This document shows positions 17,015 to 26,940 of a DNA stretch of 32,000 nt, piece by piece. How positions within the stretch are numbered: position 1 is the stretch's first letter; each line of letters starts with the position of its first letter. The DNA comes from Methanosphaera stadtmanae DSM 3091 (lineage in GTDB: Archaea > Methanobacteriota > Methanobacteria > Methanobacteriales > Methanobacteriaceae). The notes under the pieces were generated by a model. That model was not told the DNA's origin, did no database searches, and worked only from the letters and a program-made list of their open reading frames with translations. The DNA is taken from the NCBI RefSeq assembly GCF_000012545.1, contig NC_007681.1, positions 1,200,001 through 1,232,000 on the forward strand, written 5' to 3'. The position numbers were made by a program, and so were the translations under genes.

Positions 17015-18331
17015 ATGATATTTATGACTAGAATTGTTATTATTGGTGCAGGACCTGCTGGACGTTTTGCTTCCATGGCTGCTGCTGAAGTTGGAAATGA
17101 AGTTACTCTTATTGAAAATAAACATATTGGTGGAAAATGTCTTAATCAAGCATGTATGGTTGTATGTGCATTGAATGATGTTTCAAAACATGTTCTTGAT
17201 GCAGAAAATTTTAATAATCAGGGAATTATAGATTCCACACCTACTGTTAATTATAAAAGAGTTACTACATTAATTAAAGAAACTCAAAAAAAAATACGTA
17301 AAATTCTAACTAAAGAAACTATTAATACAGGGGTAGAATATGTTCAAGGTAGAGCTGAGGTTGATATTGAAAATAAAATGGTTATTGTTAATGAAGATGA
17401 TGAATATCCATTTGATAAATTATTAGTATGTACTGGTTCCTCCCCATATATTCCAGATATTCCTGGAGTTCATAATGCATATACCTATAAGGATACTTTG
17501 AAGATTAATGAAGTTCCAGAAAAATTAGTTATTATTGGTGGAGGTTCCACTGCTGCTGAATATGCTAATATATTTTCTAGTCTTGGAAGTCAAGTTGAAA
17601 TTTTATGCAGAACACAGTTTCTTAAAATGTTAAATGACTCTGAAGCTGAGGAATATATAGTATCTAAATTACTTAAAAATACAATCATACATGAAAATGT
17701 TGAAATTCAGGAGATTACAGATACATCAGTTGTTACTAATTTTGGAGAAATTGAAGGTACTGTTTTACTTGCAACTGGTGTAGTTGCCAATTCAGAAATT
17801 GTTAAGGATATTGTGGAACTTGACAGTGATGGAAACATACTTGTTGATGAATTCATGCAAACTTCCCATGAAGATATTTATGCTGCTGGAGATGTAATTG
17901 GTGGCATATTATCCACACCAGTATCACGTATGGAAGGTATATGTGCTATAAAAAATATTATGGGAAAAAAAGTAAAACCTGATTATTCATTAATACCTCT
18001 GACAATATCTCTATCATATGATGTAAGTTATATGTTAGGTAATCAAGTATCATCTATTGGAAAAGAAGTAACTTTACCAGGAGCTGCAGGACCGGGTTCA
18101 TTTTGGAATACATTAAATGGAAAAACTGGTTTTACAAAAGAAGTTGTAAATAATGATGGAGATATTACAAATATACTTGCTATTACCCCATCATCAAATG
18201 TTGCACTTCCCTATATGATTAAATTAATAAAATCAGGAAGTAAAGTTAGTGATTTTGAAGATTTTATTGAAATTCATCCTACAACAGATGGTATTTTTAA
18301 ATTAACTGAATATTTTAAACGTTATTTATAA
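17015..18331 (+). CDS. Class-I pyridine nucleotide-disulfide oxidoreductase (dihydrolipoamide dehydrogenase-like flavoprotein)
   Basis: It has an FAD GxGxxG motif (IVIIGAGPAGRFASMAAA), a redox-active CxxxxC (GGKCLNQACMVVC), a second Rossmann motif (VIIGGGSTAAEYA), AAGDV and a C-terminal HPTT motif. An alternative start is ATG 17024. Confidence 0.75.
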   Translation: MIFMTRIVIIGAGPAGRFASMAAAEVGNEVTLIENKHIGGKCLNQACMVVCALNDVSKHVLDAENFNNQGIIDSTPTVNYKRVTTLIKETQKKIRKILTKETINTGVEYVQGRAEVDIENKMVIVNEDDEYPFDKLLVCTGSSPYIPDIPGVHNAYTYKDTLKINEVPEKLVIIGGGSTAAEYANIFSSLGSQVEILCRTQFLKMLNDSEAEEYIVSKLLKNTIIHENVEIQEITDTSVVTNFGEIEGTVLLATGVVANSEIVKDIVELDSDGNILVDEFMQTSHEDIYAAGDVIGGILSTPVSRMEGICAIKNIMGKKVKPDYSLIPLTISLSYDVSYMLGNQVSSIGKEVTLPGAAGPGSFWNTLNGKTGFTKEVVNNDGDITNILAITPSSNVALPYMIKLIKSGSKVSDFEDFIEIHPTTDGIFKLTEYFKRYL

Positions 18332-18338
18332 CATTTAT

Positions 18339-18356
18339 CTTTTTTTTAAAAAAAAG
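18339..18356. terminator. Bidirectional oligo-T terminator candidate: palindrome C-T8-A8-G between convergent genes
   Basis: CTTTTTTTTAAAAAAAAG lies 8 nt after the + strand stop (18329-18331) and 13 nt after the - strand stop (18369-18371). It reads as T8 on both strands. Confidence 0.55.
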
Positions 18357-18368
18357 AAGAATGAAGAT

Positions 18369-19421
18369 TTATTTCATGTATTTTTCTACAAATTCTACTA
18401 AATCCTCAGGAGCTTTTATTATATCTTTAGCATATTTAGTTGTTGCTTCTTTCATTGAATCATAATTATTAAGAGCCTTGTTTACAACACTAGTTATATT
18501 ATCCACATTACTCTCTATTACTGCCCCATCAAATACCCTAGATAATCCATGATACCTTCCATATTTTACACCAATAACAACTACTACTGGTATTTCACAT
18601 GCTATTGTTTCATGTAGTGTTAGGCCATCATCTGTTATTACAGCTAAATCTACTAGGTCATATAGATCATTAATGTAATTTATATAGCCTAAATTTATAA
18701 TATTAGGATGGTCTATGATTTTATTTATTCCCTCATGTAACGGTGCACCTATTAGAAATATATTTACATCATCATTCTCCTGAGCATAATTACGTGCTGC
18801 CTTTGCCATGTCATCAAATAATGTGGAACCTGAAGCAAAGAGTATTGATTTTTTATTTGCATCATATTTCTTAGGTAATTTATCAAGAATATTATTTTTA
18901 TCACCATGAATTATATCCATCTTTATTGGTGAATATTGTTTTTGAATTTCATAATTAGATACATAATCATCTTTATGTGTAAATGCTGGTGATTCTGGTA
19001 GAAGTAAAGTTGGATTACATTTTAGAGATATTTTAGTATCTGTTGGAGTTGCAACTACTCCTATTGCTGGAACATGTGCAAGTTTAGCAGATAAACATCC
19101 AATAACAGATCCTCCCCCAATAACTCCAATTACACCGTCTGCTTTTTCTTTTTTAATTAAACGAGACCCTAAAATTACTGCTTTTATTGTTTTTAAGCCT
19201 GCCTTAAATAGGGATGATTTAGACGCTGCATGTCCACCTGCTGATGGTATTGGTGTTTTTAACCAAGACATATTACGTTTTTTAAAATAATATCCTGGAG
19301 CACTTGGATCTAATACTATTTTTGCAGAAATATTTTTGCTCTCTAGTGCTTTTAGTATATTATATGCAGTAACTGCATCACCTCCAATACCTCTACCTGT
19401 TACAAAAATTAACAATTTCAT
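18369..19421 (-). CDS. MurG-like GT-B fold glycosyltransferase-like protein, paralog B
   Basis: The 350-aa product is colinear with 6640..7686 and roughly 70% identical by eye. Shared stretches include MKLL(L/I)FVTGRGIGGDAV and HETIACEIPVVVV(V/I)GVKYGRYHGLS(K/R)VFDGAVIESNVDNITSVVN. Confidence 0.5.
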   Translation of the reverse strand: MKLLIFVTGRGIGGDAVTAYNILKALESKNISAKIVLDPSAPGYYFKKRNMSWLKTPIPSAGGHAASKSSLFKAGLKTIKAVILGSRLIKKEKADGVIGVIGGGSVIGCLSAKLAHVPAIGVVATPTDTKISLKCNPTLLLPESPAFTHKDDYVSNYEIQKQYSPIKMDIIHGDKNNILDKLPKKYDANKKSILFASGSTLFDDMAKAARNYAQENDDVNIFLIGAPLHEGINKIIDHPNIINLGYINYINDLYDLVDLAVITDDGLTLHETIACEIPVVVVIGVKYGRYHGLSRVFDGAVIESNVDNITSVVNKALNNYDSMKEATTKYAKDIIKAPEDLVEFVEKYMK

Positions 19422-19747
19422 AATCTAGCCCCTTTTTTTAAACTTTTAATAAAAAAATAAGATTCCTATTAATAATGTTATATATATTGAAGAACATTTA
19501 TTAAAGTATTTACTATCTTGTTCAACAGAATATTAAAAATAGAAAGTTTTACTAGAATTATACTTATAAAAAGAAAATATTTACTAAACTAGACTTTATA
19601 AAATAAAATAAAAAGCTTAAAATTTAAATATACAATAAAATAAAAAGTTTTAAAATAAAAATAGAAAAATAAATAAAGTTTTACTTTAAAAAGAAAAAAT
19701 AAAAGTAAAAAAAAATCAAAAACACTACCCCAATTTAGTTTTTAATT

Positions 19748-19981
19748 TTATACTGGATTACCTTCATTATCATATACTTCAATACATTGACCAGAACAAC
19801 AATCTGCAGCTTCTTTATATAGTTCAATATCATCAATTTCTAATTCATCAATATCATCGTCTCTTGTAGAACCTACAATTGTTGCAAGATCGTCATCATC
19901 AAATGTAAATAAGGTTTCGTCAAGTTCTACACAATTACCACACATTGTACAGTCTTCTCTTTCTAAAATTACTTCATACAT
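19748..19981 (-). CDS. Small acidic mono-cluster ferredoxin-like protein (77 aa)
   Basis: CTMCGNC (CxxCxxC) plus distal Cys residues (CCSGQC) resemble single-cluster archaeal ferredoxins. The middle region is highly acidic (DDDD, DDDIDELEIDDIE). A GGGAGA SD lies upstream. Confidence 0.55.
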   Translation of the reverse strand: MYEVILEREDCTMCGNCVELDETLFTFDDDDLATIVGSTRDDDIDELEIDDIELYKEAADCCSGQCIEVYDNEGNPV

Positions 19982-20122
19982 TTTATTACAAGTCTCCCTA
20001 AAACTATGTATTATAGAGTTAATTTTAATACATACTATATATAAATGTTTTGATTTTTAGTTTAATATAAACTTTAGTAATAGTTGTGTATTTAAGTAAA
20101 TAAAAAAAGTATAAAAAGAGAA

Positions 20123-21091
20123 TTAGATAAATCCTTCCTCATCAAAAGAAGTATTTCTATCTAAAGTTTCTTTTTTTGAATCATTTGTTTTTATTGGATT
20201 GTATACTAATCTTCTCACACCTAATGAAATTAAAAAGGAATTGTTAATATCATATTGTTCTGTTCCTAAAAAAATTCTTCTTAGTAAATCCCCAAGACCA
20301 CCACCAGTTAAAACATCCATTACATAGTCACCGAAAGTTGGATTTTCAATATGTAGATATGTTTCTAAATAATATTCAAGAGTAGTTTCTCTTAATTTAG
20401 CAATTACTATTGCTGTTATTAAGAATAATATTAACATTATTATAAATTCTACTACATAGAATGATGATGGTGCAATGTATTTAGCTATTGATGCTGAAAC
20501 TAATGCAAGACATATACCTAAAGCTACTCCAAAAGAATGATTTCCTATTTCTCCCATCATAATATATCCAGAATAATCTTGTGAAACATATCCCAAACAT
20601 ATTAATAATAACAATACTGGTAAATAATATGATGGTGAATGAACAATAGCAAGTATTGTAAATGAAATTACAGACATTATTATAACACTAAAACATGCAG
20701 TTCCAGGTTGCATATCTGCAATATTAGTAATTTGAACCATTAATGCTACTAGTATAGCTACTGGTCCCATTATATTATAACCTACAATCATGACAATAAG
20801 TATTCCAATTCCTCTAAAGAATTGACCTACCTCCATGTATGAACCTAATCTTTTACGTCCTATTATATCATCAATAAATGCAGTGATTCCAATTATTGCT
20901 ATGAGATAATTAAAAGGAGCTGGGAATAACAGTACCATCACAATAAATGGTGCTATACCTACACCCCTTGGAATTCCACCTCTTATGTCTTCAAATAGAT
21001 TTCCTTTGATTTTAGAAAATAATACTGTGAATACTATTGTTAAAACCAATGTGAGAAGAAATGCAATTATCCACATTAGATAAATTTTCAT
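20123..21091 (-). CDS. Divergent MraY/WecA-like (GT4) polyprenyl-phosphate sugar-phosphate transferase-like membrane protein
   Basis: The 322-aa protein is polytopic. It carries degenerate counterparts of the GT4 motifs in the canonical order: IRGGIPRGVG (cf. IPxxGG), AFIDDIIGRKRL (DDxxxL), ITNIADMQPG (NxxDxxDG) and MMGEIGNHSFGVALG (xxGDxGSxxxG). The assignment rests on motif pattern only. Confidence 0.45.
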   Translation of the reverse strand: MKIYLMWIIAFLLTLVLTIVFTVLFSKIKGNLFEDIRGGIPRGVGIAPFIVMVLLFPAPFNYLIAIIGITAFIDDIIGRKRLGSYMEVGQFFRGIGILIVMIVGYNIMGPVAILVALMVQITNIADMQPGTACFSVIIMSVISFTILAIVHSPSYYLPVLLLLICLGYVSQDYSGYIMMGEIGNHSFGVALGICLALVSASIAKYIAPSSFYVVEFIIMLILFLITAIVIAKLRETTLEYYLETYLHIENPTFGDYVMDVLTGGGLGDLLRRIFLGTEQYDINNSFLISLGVRRLVYNPIKTNDSKKETLDRNTSFDEEGFI

Positions 21092-21190
21092 AAATTCACC
21101 TTGAACCTATTCTATTTTAAAGATATTATATGAGAATAATACTCATTATATATACATATATCTATGTAACAGTATAAATTAATTATTATT

Positions 21191-22246
21191 TTATATTGGG
21201 TATCTTAAAAATGCTGCTAGTGATCCTAATGCCTTTAATTGTTGACCTGCATCGTGTTGACTACTTATTATAGTTACAACACCACCCATATTTTCTACTG
21301 TGTTCATAATATTTTGAATATTTTTATCACGTACTAAATCTTCTAATACTAATAATTTTTCTACTGCACCCATATTTGAAGCTGTAATAACTTGTTTTTT
21401 TCCATATGTTACAGTATTTGATGATTTACCTATTTGTTCTAGGAGTTTATTTACAAGAGCTGCTTCTTTAGCTATTTTTGCATCCTTGGATAATGATTCT
21501 ATCAATCCATTTTTTAGAACTTCTTGAATTCCTGCATGACCTCCTGCACCTGTACTTTCAAGTATTACTTTTTTTGCAAGTTTAGGATAATTTTCTTCCA
21601 AGTAATTATAATAACCATTTTTTGTAAATCCCGGCCCTATTATTATTAGTTTATCTATGTCTTTTTGTTGAGTTAGTGTTTTTGTGATATCTTCATAATA
21701 TTCATTTACTTTTTGTGCTCTGTTTTTTTCAATATTCTGTTTACCAGATATATCTCCTATTATTGGACCAATATAATCTATACCATACTGCTTTATAATA
21801 CCTAATTCTGTTGTATTATCTTCTATTGCAACTATGATTTCATTTGCTCTATTTGATGCTTCTATTGCTTGATTTAATCGTTCTAATGACCATTTATTCC
21901 ATATTTTTTTTATTCTTATACTGTTGTTTAGTTGTACATTTATTGTATGGTGTGAACCAAGAGGTATTAGATCTTCTGGTCCAGATTCAATTATTCCGGT
22001 GAATCTTAACATACCAGTATATTTATGGAAGTTTATTTTTTCTACTCTAATTCCTAGGAAGAATTTCTTTTTTACTCCCCTATCTGCTCTTGTTTTACCA
22101 CTGTTATTATCTTGAATTCTTCTTGCTGTTAATGTTGAAACATAATCATTAACTTCTACTATGTGGGATAAATGCCATAAATCATCGATAGTTTCAGGTA
22201 CTACTTCAATTAATCCTTGTTTTTTATCCTGATTTGTTATTCGCAT
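21191..22246 (-). CDS. pelA: mRNA surveillance / ribosome rescue protein Pelota (Dom34 homolog)
   Basis: The 351-aa product has a typical Pelota N-terminus (GLIEVVPETIDDLWHLSHIV), a central domain with IIGPGFTK, and an eRF1-like C-terminal domain. Confidence 0.9.
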   Translation of the reverse strand: MRITNQDKKQGLIEVVPETIDDLWHLSHIVEVNDYVSTLTARRIQDNNSGKTRADRGVKKKFFLGIRVEKINFHKYTGMLRFTGIIESGPEDLIPLGSHHTINVQLNNSIRIKKIWNKWSLERLNQAIEASNRANEIIVAIEDNTTELGIIKQYGIDYIGPIIGDISGKQNIEKNRAQKVNEYYEDITKTLTQQKDIDKLIIIGPGFTKNGYYNYLEENYPKLAKKVILESTGAGGHAGIQEVLKNGLIESLSKDAKIAKEAALVNKLLEQIGKSSNTVTYGKKQVITASNMGAVEKLLVLEDLVRDKNIQNIMNTVENMGGVVTIISSQHDAGQQLKALGSLAAFLRYPI

Positions 22247-22413
22247 ATTATTTCCTTTTATATATTTCTTTAAAAAAAATTATTTTCTAATAATATTTGT
22301 ATTATTTATAGTTCATAAAACTTAGTAATAATTATATTTAACTAAGTAATACTTTTATATTAGTAAATATAAAAATTAAAATACAAAAAGAAATAGGTGA
22401 AAACTTAGATAAT

Positions 22414-22722
22414 ATGAATACTGAACAAAAAAAACAATTAATAAAAACAGTAGAACAAACAAGTCCCTGGGAGAGAATACCTACCTCTGTTGAAGGTGTA
22501 TTTCTTGTAAAAGCCCCTGAACATAAGAATATCCAATCAGTGTTTGTTGAATTAAATCCATCACTTAGAGGACAGCCAATTAAAAAAAGAGGCGTTTATC
22601 TAAAAAATAGTAATGAATATGAAGCTTTTCAAGAATTATTTAATAATCAAAAAGTTAAAGAATTATTAGATGTTGTAAGTGAATGTTATGGTAAACAAAG
22701 ATCTCCACGAATAGAAATATGA
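22414..22722 (+). CDS. Hypothetical protein (102 aa), no family recognised
   Basis: The ORF has protein-like composition and an AGGTGA upstream, though at a rather long spacing. A strong hairpin/oligo-T terminator follows. Confidence 0.5.
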   Translation: MNTEQKKQLIKTVEQTSPWERIPTSVEGVFLVKAPEHKNIQSVFVELNPSLRGQPIKKRGVYLKNSNEYEAFQELFNNQKVKELLDVVSECYGKQRSPRIEI

Positions 22723-22731
22723 TTATTTTTC

Positions 22732-22787
22732 ATGTATGACTTCTTTATTAAATTTCATAGATTTAAGTCATACATCTACTTTTTTTT
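22732..22787 (+). terminator. Hairpin + T8 terminator
   Basis: ATGTATGACTT (22732-22742) and AAGTCATACAT (22765-22775) are perfect complements. T8 (22780-22787) follows. Confidence 0.55.
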
Positions 22788-22848
22788 AAATAAAATTATA
22801 AAGAAAAAACTACAGAGTAGTAGTAATAAATAAATTGAGGATAATGAT

Positions 22849-24183
22849 ATGACTTGTGAGAATAATAATATAAATATTACAATTATTGGAGGTTCAAGGG
22901 GACTTGGTAAATGGATTGCAAATGAACTTCATAAAGATAATTTTAATGTTAAAATCACAAGTCGTAATAGAAGTTCTGGTGAAAAAATAGCACATAAAAT
23001 GGGAGTAAAATATGATGATGATAATATTGAAGCAATAGCTGATGCTAATATTATCATATTCAGTGTTCCTATTGAATATATGGTTGATACAATCAAAGAA
23101 GTTGCACCATATGCTCCTAAAGATTCATTACTCATGGATGTAACCTCTGTAAAAACTGAACCTGCAGAAGCATTAAGTAAGTATGCTCCAGAAGATACTT
23201 ATATTCTTCCATGTCATCCAATGTTTGGACCACGTATTCCCTCTCTTGATGGACAAGTTGTTATATTAACACCAATTGAAGATAGATGTAGATTGTGGTA
23301 TGATAAGATAGTATATTACTTAAAAAATAAAGATGCTAATCTTGTTATAAGTACACCTCAAGAACATGATAAAATCATGAGTGTTGTTCAAGGTTTAACT
23401 CATTTTTCCTATATTAGTATCGCTTCAACAATAAGACGTTTAGGAATAAGTGTTAAAAAATCTCGTGAATTTGCAAGTCCAGTATATAGTTTAATGTTAG
23501 ATATGATAAGTCGTATTGTATCACAAAATCCATACTTATATTATTCTATTCAAAAATCAAATAAACAAACAGCTATTTCTAGAAAGACACTGATTGAAGA
23601 GAGTAATAGATTAGCTAAGTTAATTGATGATGATATGGAAGAGGAATTTGTATATGATATGAGTGAATCTGCAAAACATTTAGATGAATTTGAAGAAGCA
23701 TTAGGTCGTTCAGATAAGGCAATAAGTGTCCTAACCCATGATTTTAATTATATTAAAGAATCTATTGGATGTGAAATAGGTTTTGAACATCAATATTCAA
23801 AAAAAATACATATAGGTGTAGTTGAATCTGTAAATGCCACTACTGTTACATTACGTGATTTAAAAAACAATAGAATAACACTTAAAATATCCAATATTAA
23901 TATATTAACTGAAAATGAGATTTATGAATGGAAGAAAAATAACCTTCCAATACATGAATATGATGTTTCTATTATATTCCCAGATACATGTAGTGAAGAC
24001 ATATTACTTTCAATGTTTAGTCAAATTAAACCTGTTATAGATGTGAATATAAAAGATGTTTATAATGGAAAACAGATAGATGATGGTTTTATGAGTATAA
24101 CGTTCCATTATAGTGTTTTTAATAGTGAAGAAAGAGAGGTTGTTGAAGAATATCTAAGAGGCATTGGTGGAAAAATTAGATAA
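22849..24183 (+). CDS. tyrA: Prephenate/arogenate dehydrogenase with C-terminal FDX-ACB-like domain
   Basis: It has an N-terminal Rossmann motif (ITIIGGSRGLGKWIA), then PCHPMFGP and HDKIMSVVQGLTHF, which are TyrA signatures. The C-terminal ~95 aa (YDVSIIFPDT...VNIKDVYNGKQIDDGFMSITFHYSVF...GGKIR) resembles the ferredoxin-fold anticodon-binding domain of PheRS beta. Confidence 0.8.
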   Translation: MTCENNNINITIIGGSRGLGKWIANELHKDNFNVKITSRNRSSGEKIAHKMGVKYDDDNIEAIADANIIIFSVPIEYMVDTIKEVAPYAPKDSLLMDVTSVKTEPAEALSKYAPEDTYILPCHPMFGPRIPSLDGQVVILTPIEDRCRLWYDKIVYYLKNKDANLVISTPQEHDKIMSVVQGLTHFSYISIASTIRRLGISVKKSREFASPVYSLMLDMISRIVSQNPYLYYSIQKSNKQTAISRKTLIEESNRLAKLIDDDMEEEFVYDMSESAKHLDEFEEALGRSDKAISVLTHDFNYIKESIGCEIGFEHQYSKKIHIGVVESVNATTVTLRDLKNNRITLKISNINILTENEIYEWKKNNLPIHEYDVSIIFPDTCSEDILLSMFSQIKPVIDVNIKDVYNGKQIDDGFMSITFHYSVFNSEEREVVEEYLRGIGGKIR

Positions 24184-24385
24184 TAATTCCATTAATTTCT
24201 TTTAAAAAAAAATATTTTACTTGTTTTTACTTTGTTAAGTTTGAAAAAATTCTTTTTTAAAGTCTTTTTATAATATAATAATTTTTATATATTTTTAAAA
24301 TAAGATTACATTGATTTTAGAAGGTTATTTAAAATAATACTTATTTTAAGAATGTTTGTATATTATTTTTAATAAAAAAATAGAA

Positions 24386-24410
24386 TTTTAGTAACCTTTA
24401 TATACTAAAA
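24386..24410 (+). promoter_or_regulatory. Inverted repeat TTTTAGTA-N9-TACTAAAA enclosing a TTTATATA box (distal copy)
   Basis: The arms 24386-24393 and 24403-24410 are perfect reverse complements. The TATA octamer at 24397-24404 spans the spacer and the right arm. Confidence 0.5.
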
Positions 24411-24463
24411 GATACATAGTTATTATTACAAAAAGTAAGTAAAAGAAAAAAAACTAATCAATA

Positions 24464-24488
24464 TTTTAGTAACCTTTATATACTAAAA
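24464..24488 (+). promoter_or_regulatory. Inverted repeat TTTTAGTA-N9-TACTAAAA enclosing a TTTATATA box (proximal copy)
   Basis: This is the same 25-bp element, exactly 78 bp downstream. The TATA octamer is at 24475-24482, about 100 nt upstream of the cdc48 ATG. Confidence 0.5.
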
Positions 24489-24584
24489 TAGATATAATTA
24501 TTATTACAAAAAGTAATAAAAAAGAAAACAACATTAAATTCATAAAATATATCATATTAAAAAAAAATATAAGGAGGTAATACT

Positions 24585-26777
<2,193 letters not shown>

Positions 26778-26786
26778 ACATCAACA

Positions 26787-26824
26787 AAATGTAGAAACTT
26801 CTAAATTTCTACATTTATTTTTTC
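26787..26824 (+). terminator. Hairpin + oligo-T terminator after cdc48
   Basis: AAATGTAGAAA (26787-26797) and TTTCTACATTT (26806-26816) are perfect complements. ATTTTTT follows. Confidence 0.6.
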
Positions 26825-26940
26825 ATAAACTATTTTTAAAATAAAATTATTAATAATTTAATACAACTTCCTTTATAATCTAAATTAATAATAAGAAATA
26901 AGAAGATATAATAATATATTGAATAATATTTTAAAGAGAG

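Larger units (their letters stand above)
24385..24527 (+). repeat. Tandem direct repeat (2 copies, 78-bp period) carrying duplicated promoter-like elements upstream of cdc48
   Basis: Copy 1 starts at 24385 and copy 2 at 24463. The first 26 nt (ATTTTAGTAACCTTTATATACTAAAA) are identical. The next ~40 nt are about 85% identical (..TTATTATTACAAAAAGTAA..AAAAGAAAA). Confidence 0.85.

Noticed and set aside
19590-19700. Near-repeats such as AATAAAATAAAAAGCTTAAAAT / AATAAAATAAAAAGTTTTAAAAT in the 326-bp intergenic region
   Set aside because: This is low-complexity A-rich sequence with no regular spacing, no conserved unique spacers and no hairpin potential. It is not a CRISPR array or a structured repeat.
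22320-22347. Inverted repeat ACTTAGT-N14-ACTAAGT around a TATA-like AATTATATTTA in the pelota/hypothetical intergenic region, sharing a TTAGT core with the cdc48 element
   Set aside because: The arm spacing differs from the cdc48 element (14 versus 9 nt). The arms are short, and TTAGTA-like words are frequent in this AT-rich DNA, so the link to the cdc48 operator is not supportable from sequence alone.
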